Of a stretch of 64,000 bases of DNA, positions 1-13,478 are shown in pieces (position 1 is the first letter of the stretch; each line of letters starts with the position of its first letter). The DNA lies in the NCBI GenBank assembly GCA_964035545.1, contig OZ037772.1, positions 3,191,538 to 3,255,537 on the forward strand, in the 5' to 3' direction. The notes under the pieces were generated by a model, which did not search any database, was not told where the DNA came from, and saw nothing but the letters and a program-made list of their open reading frames with translations. The position numbers and the translations under genes were made by a program. Source of the stretch: Bugula neritina. Its lineage: Eukaryota > Animalia > Bryozoa.

Positions 1-134
1 TGTCTCACCTGCCTGCCACAGATGTGCCTCACCTGCCCGCCACAGACCTGCCTCACCTGCCTGCCACAGACCTGCCTCACCTGCCCGCCACAGATGTGCC
101 TCACCTGCCCGCCACAGACGTGTGTCACTTGCAG
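1..134. repeat. 24-bp tandem repeat (5 full copies plus a partial), cut by the window edge
   Basis: Unit tgcctcacctgcc(c/t)gccacaga(cc/tg) starts at 1, 25, 49, 73, 97 and 121. Confidence 0.9.
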
Positions 135-229
135 TAAATGGTAAATAGTATTATAATGAGTGTTAATGAGAGATGAGCTCCATTACATATAAATGTTATT
201 AATTACATTTAATTAGGTTCTCACAGGGG

Positions 230-593
230 ATAAATAGAAGTTATAAAATCTTACTCCTGGGGTCCAACTATGTGAGGCAATTTTAACAGTAGCTAATCTT
301 CTTTGTTCTCAGCAGTGATTACTAGTGGATACAAGACTGCATTGAATTATTCTGAACTTGTTTAAATAAATACTTGGTATAGTAGAAAAATTATAAATTT
401 TGTTTTAAGATTTAAACTTTGAAATATAATAGATATGCAATTACGAAGTAATTTTAAAACCTAATTACATTTCTAGATGTGTAATATATGTTCTACAATT
501 ACAGTTTTATACATCAATAACAAATTACATTAATTTACTTGAAAAAAAATAATTAATCACAGCTAATTACAAATTACATTCTCTCAAACTCTG
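230..593 (-). mobile_element. Diverged copy of the hAT-like MITE at 49753-50097
   Basis: Reverse-complement similarity: cttactcctggggtccaacta here vs tagttggaccctagaagtg at ~50048, and ctttgttctc here vs gagaacaaag, plus the shared aattac-rich arm. Ends are approximate. Confidence 0.45.
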
Positions 594-765
594 GTGGTAA
601 TGGTTAATAACTGGCAGACTCAAGTATCTGTGTGCAGAAGTTTTTAGGGCTACTGATGATATTTAAAAACATTTTCTATTTGGTTTTTCACACTTCTAAC
701 TTTTGTCCACCATATTTAAGGGATAAGAGTATGAAAGCTGGTGTGTACTAAATGAAGTAAACTGA

Positions 766-768
<3 letters not shown>

Positions 769-815
<47 letters not shown>

Positions 816-1018
816 CATATATATAGATATATATACATTATATATATATAATATATATATAATAAATTATTATAATAATTATTATATATATATATATATA
901 CATACATATATATAGATATATATACATTATATATATATAATATATATATAATAAATTATTATAATAATTATTATATATATATATATATATATACATACAT
1001 ATATATATATATATATAC

Positions 1019-1116
<98 letters not shown>

Positions 1117-1212
1117 CATATATATAGATATATATATACATTATATATAATATATATATATATATATATACATACATATATATATATGTATATATATATA
1201 CATTATATATAC
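769..1212. repeat. (TA)n microsatellite, compound
   Basis: Direct reading. The overlapping YIYI ORFs are artefacts. Confidence 0.97.
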
Positions 1213-3127
1213 ATAATATAGCTATAAACATGCACGTATATAAAGAAAATAACATTCATGCAACTGGTAGTAAATACTGTTTAGTATGAGCTTCTACTAA
1301 TTTTGCTACGGCATGTAGCTGCATTATAATAAATAGCGATTTTAGGAGATCCTAAAGCACTTTATAGTCGTTTATGCAGAATTTTTCTTTCAGTCCAATA
1401 TATGAAACTTATAAAAATAATTTTAGAGAGAACATGCACTAGCCGAAAATCAATTTGTTTTCAATAAAGTATATCATAGACCTGCATACTTTGTGCAGGA
1501 AAGAAGAGAGAGCCACAAAGGAAGAGCCACGCCTACCATGTCCAATGAAAACGGACCTGTCATACTAAGTAGCTACAGACCTGCTATACGAGATAGAAAC
1601 AAACCTGCCATATTGCACAAAACTGAACCTGCAGTACTGAGCAAAGAGCAACCAATCAAATATTCCAAGCAAAGAGAAAACAATTCAGCATTGTGGAAAA
1701 ACCTCCCCAGGGGGATCAGCAAACTCCGACAGCTGGTCAAAGTTTTAGCTACAGAAAAGGAAGAATTGCCGAGTATAGTGATGATTCAGTGAGGAAAACC
1801 GCATGCTAACCTTGTTCTGGTAACCACTACACAACTGTGAAGAGAAAGAGCTGTAAAGCTACACAACTTTGAGAGATTTCTCATACAGACAGCTGTTCTA
1901 TAGGAAGTGTTACATAAGAGTTGTGACTATTGACTATTATATACAGGGCTGTAAGGATGTGGACACAATTTTAAGATTCCTTATTTTAGGAATCCAATAC
2001 TTTAGATTTGTTATGATAGCATTAACTTAGCAGAAGCATTGGTGGAATTTGATATAATGCTTAATTACTACTCAAAGCAGAATAGCTTAGTATTTTTTGT
2101 AAAAAGAACATAATATTATATTTGTATTTTCTTATAAATAAATGTTTATTATACACACCAATCATGAAAGTCAATTCATTATACGGTATACAAAATTATA
2201 TCTGTAAATAAACATGTGCATGCTTCAGCTGAAGAATTACAAATAAAATGAAAAGGAAACAAAACATATTCAACTAAATGGGTTATCAGATGACATTGCT
2301 GTATAAAATGACGAATCAGGAAAAAGAAAGCCTGTCGAAACAAAGCAACACTGAACTACAATGTGGCTAACAAATACTAGGTCAACAGAAATAATATCAA
2401 AACCAATGAATAAAATACCAAGAGGTGTAAAATGTCAATATAAGTACACATAGAAGAAATAGGTGATATACAGAATAAAAAGCAACAGTAATATTGTTAA
2501 AGCTTTTCAATTTCACACAAATATAAAATCTTTACAAGGCATTATTGTATATATAACTATTTGTATTAGAAGAGAGAAACAATATAATTTAGTATGCTCA
2601 CATGGAACTATAGAAGGAAATGTCAGCTAAAAGAGGAAGGAAATGGAGGTCAAGGCCAGCAAAACAATGTCAAGGTCAACTGGAAAAAAAGTAGTTTTAG
2701 GTCACGACTTGTCATTCTCAAACATGGCGGCTAGTTTGAGCACACTTTTGGACTAAAAGAGGAAGGAGGCGAGGAGACCATAGAGCTCTCTGGGGAGGGA
2801 GGTAAAACACACTTTAGCTACAAAGCAAGAGTTGAAAAGAGAACTAATTGGAAAAAGTTGAAATTTTACTCAATTTGATCAAAAATGAACAGATATTAAT
2901 AAAAAAATTCTACAGATTCTAACGCTGATAAGCCAGAAAAACTATAGCATATTATAATTATATTATCACCTCCATTATATAATGATTATATTACATAATA
3001 TATTATACTGTTTATATGCCATATTACCATTATATTATATTAAATCATGCTATATTATAAATATGGTATATTATTATAGTATACTATCAATGTACATGAC
3101 TTGCACCAAGTAGATGCCAATTGTTAC

Positions 3128-4024
3128 CTTTTCTGTGTTGGCAACTTGGGGCAGAACTCTTTTGGGTCGAATGTCTGAAATAGATGGGGAAGAGATGATT
3201 CACCGCCCCTAGCAGAGGCGTGATGTCAGGAGAAAAATCCGAGGCTAAGTTACGACAACTTCTTCTCATGGTGTTGGCGGCTTTGAGAAAGATAGCTCTG
3301 CCGTACTCCTTGCCTGAAGACAGGAAACGGTCATTGTACTTCCATAAAGGAAACGTACATGAACTGTATCAGAAGCTCAAACTAACGTCTGTTAATAGTA
3401 ATGGAAGATATAACAATCCTAATGAGAATTAAAGGCTCTAATAATAGTAATCATTAGATATCTGAATTTGAATTGTGGGAGGCTAACGCACTCACCCTGA
3501 GTAAACATCAGTTTGAACAGAGCACTGAGGTTATCTCCAATACTGTTGAGACTAGCTATAGCCTGGGAGCACATATCATATTGCAGGCATGGGACTATGT
3601 CGGTAGGTTTCATACCTTGCAACTGTAAAAAGACGACAGAGCGAATAAAAATGAATAACTAAACAGAGAATACATTCAATAACAGGTGGTTGTCAGGTGG
3701 GTGATATTCCTTACTGCTTCCCTCTGATCGCGTGATGTAACAGTCAAATATGACATCACATGTCAACTCACTATGCACTGCGGGTGGCTGTGACAAGCAG
3801 TGCTCCATACTCAGACCACCCACAGTCCAAGCACCTGGAGCACTGCCCACATATGGACAAGTGACAAGACAAAGTGCTGGGGATAACTAGCAATACAAAG
3901 ATAATTAACAGTCAGAGTATGAAGCTGGTACTCACCAGTTTGAAGGTGTTCCCAATATGAACTTTCTAACTGGTTAGAAAGTTCATATTGATGCACTGCC
4001 TTGTCTATGTTACTCAGCAGTGCC
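3128..4024 (-). other. Cluster of exon-like segments of an unidentified gene (possibly decayed)
   Basis: GC-richer blocks with AG/GT boundaries on the minus strand, e.g. ttcgcag|ALLSNIDKAVHQYELSNQLESSYWEHLQT|gtgagt at ~3937-4024 and ...SLNSIGDNLSALFKLMFTQ|gtgagt at ~3496-3622. Product not recognised. Confidence 0.35.
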
Positions 4025-6237
4025 TGCGAACAAATATGGAGATATTACTCAGGAAATGAGCAGAATTCTTTTTATTTCAGATATTTTTACATATATTCTT
4101 ACATTAACAAAGGCATAAATTTTGAACATCTACATAAAATATTGGAGATATCTTAAATTTTTCTGCAAAATTTGTAAGTTGAACACTAAAAAAAAAGTTT
4201 CGGCCCAACATAAAATGTCAACCATTGGAGAATCTTCTGGCTCTATAAGTTTGTATCATGAGGATATATTTAATGTGATGTTACGTGATTATATGGAGTT
4301 GTCACCACAATACAAAATAGTGATAGTTTTGAGCAACAAATCTTTTATTATTATATGAACTTATTGAGAAACAGCATCTTGGGAACATAGGCTTTACATT
4401 ACTACATTACAATACATACACATGTATAACAGAAGTTGAACAAAATATCTTTATATTCCTATCCTAAAAATTTCAATATTTTTGAAGTCAGTTGGGTTCT
4501 ACCTTTTATATGTACACTGTTCAATGGAATGCTTTTTTTAAACAAAGAAAGTGTTATTTACATTCATTAATTTTAGTTGCTAAGAGAGCTAAAGTTGCAA
4601 ATAGTTTCTTTCCTTTCAGATAAAACGTGTTACATATGCACATGAATATGTTCAACTGATGATAGCAATTAAAATACAAATACCTTGCAACATAAAATAA
4701 CAAAACACCTGGAAAATACTGCTTACAATCGAATTTGCAGCTCTAACTGTAATATTGAGTCTACCCTTACAGGTTATTCTAATACTTAAACACCACCAGG
4801 TTCATATACACAACTAATATACATAGCACTTAGATGTGTTTTATTACTTTGAATTACAACAACAGTTGTGCTCAGACTAGACTGCAGATGTGTAAGATCA
4901 GTGGGCAGACAGAGCACCACACTATACATGCCTACTGTCACTGCCTTGACAAAACCTGACGTTACCCTGTATGCTAATCATATTGATAAAAGTTATTTTT
5001 AGTTAAATTAATTTTCCGGCTTATAGTATGAATCTGCACTTACGCCACATATTGGTTACTAGAGGGCGCTCCAGGTAGGCCAGTCTCATGCGCAGCAACA
5101 GAACCATATTGATAACTTGACTGTGTGATAAGACTTTTATTACTGCAGCACGGTTAGGAAATTATGTCTGTTAAAGTAAATTCCGAAAATTTACAAAGAA
5201 ACACAGTGATTGACTAGTTAGATATACATTAAATAAACATAATAAAATACAGATAATAAATTATATACATGTTATTAAATTAAATTTTGTGACTAAAACA
5301 AAATCTTTGTAGCTATCCATGCTGATCTTTTGACAGCGGTATAAAAACAAGCACCTGTCACACATCCGGATTGGGCATTGTCTCCCCCGCCATGACTGAC
5401 TCGCTTCTTAGACTGATCTGAAAATGCATCAATTGAGTAAAAAATAGGTTTGCATATTGCATAATAATATAAATATTGACAAAAAGACATAAATTGAAAG
5501 TTAAAAGTTAAACTAATAATTGATAAGAAAGACTGAGTTCTTACAGCACCTACTTGAAAGGCATACTATTATATATAACTATATTTTTGTTGTACAGATC
5601 AACATCTGCAGTTTTTCAGAGAAACTAAACTGAATTATGTTGTAAGGCTATTCATGCTATAGTTAACTACTACTATCAATCAATAAAAACAGAAATTGAA
5701 AATATCTCTAGTTACTGTGACATTGCAAAAATGTTGTAAGAAAAATTATTCCAACTGGTAGAAATTGAAAAATTATATTTATAAAAATATTGCAACCTGT
5801 AGAAAATTTCAAAAATGTTTTTAAACAAATCTAGATTTACAACTTTAAAGGGAGAGATCTCAAATAATAATAACAGATTGTAATAATCTGATTCAAGTAC
5901 ATACCATTTCGGTTTAAGAAGAATCCTTCAAATGTGACATAGTTATTGACTTGAGGGATCGTAACTCTCAACTTGTAAAGTTTTGTAAGGAACGCCAAGA
6001 ATTTGTCTGACAGTCTGTCTACAGCCAGATGTGATGGTGTGACTCTCTCGTTCTGTAACGTCACAAATAATTAATAAATCGACAGTGAAACAATAAACAG
6101 TGTCTGTGATAGAGGTAGATCTACAAAAAGGACCATGCATAGTGTAATAGTGTGAGTGTTTTAGAACCAAACACCATTGGTGATGTTTGAAGAGCCCCAG
6201 TCATAATTTTGTCCATAATGGAGATAGACCTATAAAA

Positions 6238-6352
6238 GGGACAGCTGTGGTGTACTGAGTAGAGTGCTGGCCTAGTAAACATAAGGTCAGTGGTTGGAGT
6301 TCAAACACAGACAGTGATGTGAGAAAGAGCATCCAGTAACAATTGCTCCTGC
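6238..6352 (+). mobile_element. Degenerate tRNA-derived SINE head
   Basis: Similar to the copy at 6395 (cagctgtgg...ctagtaaaca...gagcatccagt). Confidence 0.5.
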
Positions 6353-6394
6353 TTCACAAGGTCAATATAAATAAAAAATAACAAACAAAAAGAT

Positions 6395-6600
6395 GGAGCA
6401 GCTGTGGGCTAGTGGTTAGAGAGCTGGTTTAGTAAACACAAAGTCACAGGTTCGAACCCCAGTAAAGGCTATTGGTGATGTTAGGAAGAGCATCCAGTCA
6501 TAATTGCCCTAGTGTCCCACCTGAACATGTCCTTAGTCTGGTTTAGAAAGACTCTTTCCATCAGGGGTTTCTCACAGGGATAGTGACTATACACTCACAA
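6395..6600 (+). mobile_element. tRNA-derived SINE
   Basis: A-box-like gggctagtggtt and B-box ggttcgaaccc (6449-6459), followed by a non-tRNA body (ggctattggtgatgttaggaagagcatccagtc) that recurs at ~6320 and ~38490. Confidence 0.65.
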
Positions 6601-8134
6601 AAGTTTTACAATTATTAAAGCAGCAGAATTAGCAGAACATCAGTGAATGTAAAATCAGGTGAATTTTTTAAAATTTGTAACATTAAACTAGGACACAGAC
6701 CTCTAACATAAACTCAAAGAGCCTCTTGCCAAAACCCTGCCGTTGCTTCCTCTCATGGACATGGAAGTCAAGGATACACAGTGGCTCCATCTCTCTCTGA
6801 TTACCTTGATGGTCGTAGAGAAACAACTTCTTGATAAAACCAACAGCTGTGCCTTTTTATTACTGCAACAGTATGAAATTATCAGCAACTTGCAGACAGA
6901 GAAAGCTTAATCAAAAACGAAATTCAGTTTTCCAAATAAATGTAAGCTTTCAAAGAGAAAAATAAAAATTGGCAGCCAATTACAGAGCAAAACGTCAACT
7001 TACAATTTTTATACTTTCAGCTTAACGTGAACATCAAATATGCAAAATAGAAAACTCTATAGTCTGAGAATTTATAACTTTAGCCCAGTAAAATAGTGTG
7101 TATTTCGAGTGCTGCCTAACTGCCCTGCATCCAGTAAAAGTATTAGAATAGATGATGACTCACCTATTTGACTGACATTCAGTATAGATATAAACTCTTT
7201 GGTGAGTATAGGAAAGTTTGCTGCTGGTAGTTGTCACAGTTGAGAGGCCCTGGGCTCTCTCGGGTGCCTCACCCAGTCTGTCAATGACGTGGCACAGGTG
7301 CTTCAGAGTGCTTGGGACACTAAAAGGAAATGTCATGACATCATTTCCTTTCATATTATAACAGTAAGTAGATATATGATCAATACCAAAACTATGCCAA
7401 CCCAATTTCCAAACTACCGTTCAGATTTGGCATGTAAGCCAATAAATTAATATGAATAGACTCATTTCAAACCATCACAAAAGTTTGCTATTTTATGATG
7501 CTGTAAGTAAACTGTGGTATGAAAATTAATGTAAAACACGCTTTTTAGTGACTGTAGTACACGTAGAACTAGTAATAGTCTAACTTGAATCTCAAAATTT
7601 TATAATGCAAAAAACTCTAAAATTTTATGCTGATTCATTAACTTATATTTTAATGTAGAATACCTCTATCCTCTTTTCTAACTTTAGATCACTCACTATC
7701 TATGTTTGTATACATAACATTTGTTAAAAAACTCTCAATTTATCAGATTATTTAAAACTACATTTTTTCTTTATTTCACTTAAATTTCAACATAAAAATT
7801 CAATTGAGTATGAAATAACGTTAAAATTAACTTCAAGAATCTTGTTATGTTTTTAAAAATATAAAACCCTAATTCAAACTTTGATAATTTAAAAAAAAAT
7901 TAGTTTAAAATCATTTGTATATAATTGCAGCAACAATTACTATTAGCTAATTGAAAAAGGTTTTGATTTAGCTGACCTATGGCTAATAATAAATTGTTCA
8001 AATTTTTGTACATGTGTCACCAACTTTAAATTACTTAGTTTACAAATACTTTTGCTGGTCTTAAGAGTCTATCGATGATAAAAAATAGTCTTTCCTTCCA
8101 CAAGTGAGCTAACATCGAAATCAAAATTTATTTG

Positions 8135-11100
8135 TGTTATATTTTGGCTCCGCCCATTTATTCAATATTGTATATCCGGTTTTTGTTAGTTGTAACGCTG
8201 CGCATACCAGCGTGGTTTTATTCAATTGGAAATATACCTCAGCAAATATAACAAGCTGGCGACGATTGATGGTCTTTATTTTTATTATTTTGAACTCAAT
8301 ATTTTTCTCTAACTATGCCCGTGGGCAACATAAGTGAATTCAAGCACGACACAGAAGATTGGTCTACTTATAAGACCAGATTTACGTCATGGCTAATAGT
8401 GAATGATATTAATGAAAATGAAAAGCGAAAAGCAGCTTTTATTGCTATGCTTGGGAGTGAAGCTTTGAGCCTATTAGTGAGCTTATCAGCCCCTACATCA
8501 ATCAACGAAATGGATTATACTGGCTTGCTGGAGCTGTTTGACAATCATTTTGGAGCTAAGAATGAGGTAGCAGAGGCGTATGTATTTGATACCAGAACGC
8601 AATCACCTACTGAGTCAGTGTCTGACTTTATTCTGGCTCTCAAAGCACTGTCTACACACTGCAATTTCGGACCCACTGAACAGTTAAAACAAAAGCTACG
8701 GAACAGGCTTGTGGCTGGTGTCAGGTCTGACACAATCAGACAAGCATTGATAAGAGAAGGCACAACTCTGACATGGGATAATGCTGTGACTTTAGCGAAG
8801 CAAATGGACGATTACCAGTCAAGTGCTATGGCTAAACAAGCACTGCCATCAGAACCTGTGAATGCAGTCTATTCGGAAAAACAACCCACCAACAGAGGTC
8901 CTCATGCTTCAAGGTCCCAGGCCTCCACCAGTCACACAGCCCCACGCCTGGGACCGCCATTACCCGCAGCTAAGTATTCTAACAGTAATTATAACACAAA
9001 ACGTTGGAGATGTGGTAGAGGTCATCATCCAGCTAGATGCAGGTTTAAAGATGCTAATTGCCACTCTTGTGGGAAAAGAGGACACATTAAACCCATGTGT
9101 AATGGGGAAAGAGTTCAAACAAATATTGCTCAACAATATCATCCTGTACATTCATATGAAAGTGATTTATCATCAGACATGGTTAATATTGGAATAGCTA
9201 GCACTCTTTTGTCAGAAAAATCTAATTTATCTAATCCATATTCTGTTACTTTGCAAATTAATGATGCTAATGTCAATATGGAAATCGACACTGGTGCTTC
9301 AGTCTCATTAATTCCCTATTCTCTGTATCAGAAACATTTTAGCAATGTAAAACTTTCACCTTCTAATGTAAAATTTTGTAGCTTCACTGGAGATGTGGTG
9401 AATTGCGAAGGTAAAATGGAAGTGAATGTCAAACATTTTGGCCAGACTAAACGGATGTGGCTTCATGTGCTTGGTGCATCAAAGTTTGCCCTGTTGGGGA
9501 GAGACTGGCTGGGAGAGTTGCAAATTAATTGGCAAGCCATAAAGAGTGTGGTAAGTTCATCGGTAAATGGCATTGAACGATTGCTGGCTGCGTACCCTGA
9601 TATTTTTAAAGGTCAAGGCTTGCTAAAAGGTTCACCAGTTAAGCTTGAGTTGGTTGATGGCGCTACCCCCAAATGCTCTAAACCTTACAGAGTGCCTATT
9701 GCACTTCAGTCTGTAGTAGATAAGGAGCTTGATAGGCTAATTAATGAAGGAATTTTGACACCTGTTGAACACAGTAGCTGGTCCACTAGCTTACTCTTTA
9801 TCCCCAAACCTGACGGCTCGGTCAGACCTTGCGGTGATTTTAAGTCGACAGTCAACCCTCTTCTTAAGGAAGTAGCACCACCTCAAATAAACATGGAAAA
9901 TATTCTGTGTGATTTAGCAGGAAACAAATATTTCTCAAACTTAGATTTTGCCCAAGCATATAATCAGATGGTCATACATGAGTCATCCAAAGAGTTGCTA
10001 ACACTGGTCACCCATAGAGGCTTGTATCAGTATAACAGACTGCCGTATGGTATCAAGACTGCTCCGTCCTTGTGGCAAAATGCCATAGAACATGTGCTTA
10101 ATGGTATAGAGGGTGTTCATATATATTATGATGACATATTGGTTGCAGGGCGAACTGTAGAGGAACATAACCATAGGCTAGAGTTGGTTTTCAAACGTAT
10201 AAAGGAACATGGTTTGAAATTAAAGCACTCAAAATGTTCTTTTCTGAAGCCAGAAGTGAAATATCTTGGTCACATAATTAATGGTGAGGGCATTAGGCCA
10301 ATTCCTGCCAAGTTAGATAGCATCCTTGAAACTGAGGCACCTAAGGATAAATCGAAAGTGCGATCTTATGTGGGTCTATTGAATTTTTACAGGCGTTACT
10401 TGCCCAACCTTGCTGCGACTGTTGCCCCTTTGAATGCTTTGCTTAAGGCCAATGCTAAATTTGTTTGGGATAAGACGGCCCAGAATGCTTTTGAAAAATC
10501 TAAAAACTTATTGAGAGAAAGTAAGCTGCTAGTTCACTTTAACCCAAACTTGCCTGTGAAACTAACGTGTGATGCCTCAAGAGTAGGCATAGCAGCAGTT
10601 CTTTCACACGTTATTGATGATGTAGAACGCCCCATACAATTTGCATCTCGAAAATTAACATCTGCGCAGATTTTGTATCCACAAATAGAGCGAGAAGGTT
10701 TGGCTGTTGTTTTTGGGTAAGAAAAATTCAGGCATTTCTTATATGGGCGGAAGTTTACTCTAGTGACGGACAATCAGGCTCTAAGTAGAATATTTGCCCC
10801 AGAGAAGGGGCTTCCGGTTATGACAGCAGAGCGTATTCAAAGGTGGGCTTTAAAGCTTTCAGGATATGATTACACCATTGAGTGGCGCAGAAGCAAAGAT
10901 AATAGGGCAGATTTTCTTTCCCGGTATCCTGATTCAGTAGCTGCTAGTGAATTGAATGAAAAACCCCATGCATTTATTTTTAAAGTTGACAATCTTGGAC
11001 TTCCTATCACTTCCTTACAGGTGGCTAAGCTCACTGCTAAAGACCCAACACTATGTAGGGTATTCAGGCTAGTGAGAGAGGGCTGGCCTCAAAAATTGTG

Positions 11101-12608
11101 TGAGGCCGACTGGGATCTGAACCCTTTCTTTGCTAGAAGAAATGAGCTATCTATCATGTCAGGAGTAGTTATGTGGGGAAATCGAGTAGTTATCCCACGT
11201 TCTCTTCAAAACCCTCTGTTAAAGGAATTGCATGATGAGCATTTAGGTATATGTAAAATGAAATCTGTAGCAAGGTCATTTATGTGGTGGCCAGGCTTGG
11301 ACAAAGATATTGAAGCAACTAGCAGGTCTTGCGATTCATGCATGTCTATGAGTAATGACCCTAAAGCAGTTAATACACACCCATGGCTACCCACAACTCG
11401 ACCATATCAGCGCATTCACATTGACTATGCTGGTCCTGTAGAAGGTCATATGTTACTAGTAGTGGTGGATTCGTATTCTAAGTGGCCTGAAGTGTGTGTT
11501 ACAAAATCTACCACCTCCCAAAATACTTTAAACATGCTTAGGCCAATCTTTGCTAGATGGGGTGTGCCTATGGAGCTGGTCAGTGACAATGGACCACAAT
11601 TTTGTAGCGAAAAGTTTGAAGCCTTTTTGGCACATTTGAGCATCAAACATAAGAAAAGTGCACCCTATCATCCAGCCACTAATGGTTTAGCAGAGCGGTT
11701 TGTACAAACAGTCAAAAGTGCTCTAAGGGCCTCTCAAGGTTTAGATTTACAGTATCGGTTAGACAGGTTTTTGTTGGCTTATCGTAATGCTCCTCACTCA
11801 ACTACTGGTGAGAGCCCTGCAACTTTAATGCTTGGTCGAACATTGAGAACAAGGCTTGATTGCTTAAAGCCTGACATAACATCAAAACTACATGATGCAG
11901 GTCCTATAGCTATACACCGTGAATTTGACATAGGCTCAGATGTTTGGGTGAGGTGTTACTTTGGAGCTGTTAAATGGAAAAAGGGGGTAATAATTGACCA
12001 GGTTGGCCCGTTGTGTTATTTCGTACAGGTAGGAGAAAAGAAATGGAAACGCCATGTAGACCAACTCAAGCACCGAGAAGCGAAAATAGCTAATGACCAA
12101 AATGAAACCACTCCTTTAGATATCAGTGTTCAGCCATTTACCGGTGTGCCATGTGATTTAATTTCTAGGAACACACCTTCTTCATTAAGCCACTTGCCAC
12201 CAGTCTCTGCACCTCAAACAGGTCCAACCTCTGAGCACATGGAGCCTCGTCCTGATAGTCTTCAAACTCCTGCAACTGTGAGTACACCTTCAGCACCTGT
12301 CACCACACCTTCAGAGCCAAGGCGTTCAAGTAGGATACGTAAGCCAAGAGTGCTGTTAGACTTATAATACTTTCAATTTTATTATTTTACAGTTACATTG
12401 TTCTTTCATTTCTTTCTGTCTTACTTTGAATTTATTACTTGTTTTGTTTCTTGAATGTTTTGTAAGTCAAGCTTTGTAAAGGGAGAATCTGTTATATTTT
12501 GGCTCCGCCCATTTATTCAATATTGTATATCCGGTTTTTGTTAGTTGTAACGCTGCGCATACCAGCGTGGTTTTATTCAATTGGAAATATACCTCAGTAA
12601 ATATAACA
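8135..12608 (+). mobile_element. Full-length Ty3/Gypsy (Mag-like) LTR retrotransposon
   Basis: 119-bp LTRs at 8135-8253 and 12490-12608 (TG..CA, one mismatch), 5-bp TSD ATTTG on both sides, PBS TGGCGACGA (tRNA-Ser type) after the 5' LTR, PPT aaagggagaa before the 3' LTR. Confidence 0.96.
8315..12367 (+). pseudogene. Single-frame gag-pol polyprotein with one premature TAA (10718-10720)
   Basis: Gag with two CCHC knuckles (first Cys mutated), protease EIDTGAS, RT YYDD, RNase H CDAS, integrase HHCC and IHIDYAGP...SDNG...AERFVQ. ORFs 8315 and 10763 share a frame: FG*EKFRHFLYGRKF. Confidence 0.93.
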
Positions 12609-13478
12609 ATTTGATCTTGTCTTCAGCTTCTGCCCAGATATGGCAATTTCAACTTGCTAAACCAAAATTGAAAAGTTCATTTCTATCATTATTGCATATG
12701 AAATGAGCATTTCGCAGTTGAACTCATCAGAAATGACATAATTAATATGAAAAAGAATGAAATACAGTTTAAATTAGATCAAATTTGTTTGCAGTTTTAC
12801 TGCATTGTCATGGCCGATGAGCATAATATCAGCATGTATACAGCTAATAGCATGATTGTTTTACTACTACTATTATAAGTTTTTACTTTCATCATAATTG
12901 ACTATTACACTTACTATAGCAATAGGCATGGTCAATGATCATAAATTGAGTGTTAGCATGGCTATCAGTAGTAAGTACAGCATAATAGATTATTATTATA
13001 AATGTATTTATACAAATAGTAACAGTAATACTAAAAGTAATATTTTTAGCTATAATTGGTATCCACAAGTTTGCACTACAATTTTAAATTACATACAACT
13101 TCAACTTAAAAGTAAGAGTGAAACGCTTAATAGTTATTACTCTAACTATGACTATTAGGATTAGTATAATATTGTGGTGGCTCGTGGAGCTACCAGCAAC
13201 ACAATACGCAAGGTTGCGTATTGACCCGGAACAATGTATTAGCCAATTAGCTAGGTTGTTTTATGAGTAATAGTAGCAGCTTCGCGCTACTAGCTCAGTT
13301 GAGGATAGTGCTGTAAATTAAATAGACGTGCGTATCATTACTGTTGTACATTAGATTTTATTATGTATTCTTGTATTAAAATATAACGATATCTACTCGA
13401 CTTAACTCGGTGAAGTTTCTCTAGTGATAAATAGACTCTCTTGGTGGCACATCAACCCTAAATCTGAAAATCAATACA

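Larger units (their letters stand above)
5355..7319 (-). pseudogene. ATAT1: Alpha-tubulin N-acetyltransferase (ATAT1/MEC-17) pseudogene, exons 7319-7164, 6862-6701, 6052-5905, probably 5417-5355
   Basis: Exons have AG/GT ends and translate to VIDRLGEAPERAQGL..., KGTAVGFIKKLFLYD...EPLCILDFHVHERKQRQGFGKRLFEFMLE and NERVTPSHLAVDRLSDKFLAFL...IPQVNNYVTFEGFF, matching ATAT1 family motifs recalled from knowledge. Exon phases do not join (frameshift in the A-run at ~6854-6862), the VGYK of the conserved KVGYKKL is missing, and no first exon was found. Confidence 0.85.

Noticed and set aside
838-1255. YIYI ORFs
   Set aside because: Translation of a (TA)n microsatellite.
1493-1792. 99-aa ORF
   Set aside because: GTG start and no recognisable motif, so it cannot be supported.
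2719-2806. aaacATGGCGGC start-like context followed by a GT donor
   Set aside because: Two in-frame stops within 20 codons and no linked downstream exon identified.
6395-6470. tRNA gene
   Set aside because: A and B boxes are present but there is no acceptor-stem closure, and it continues into a repeated SINE body.
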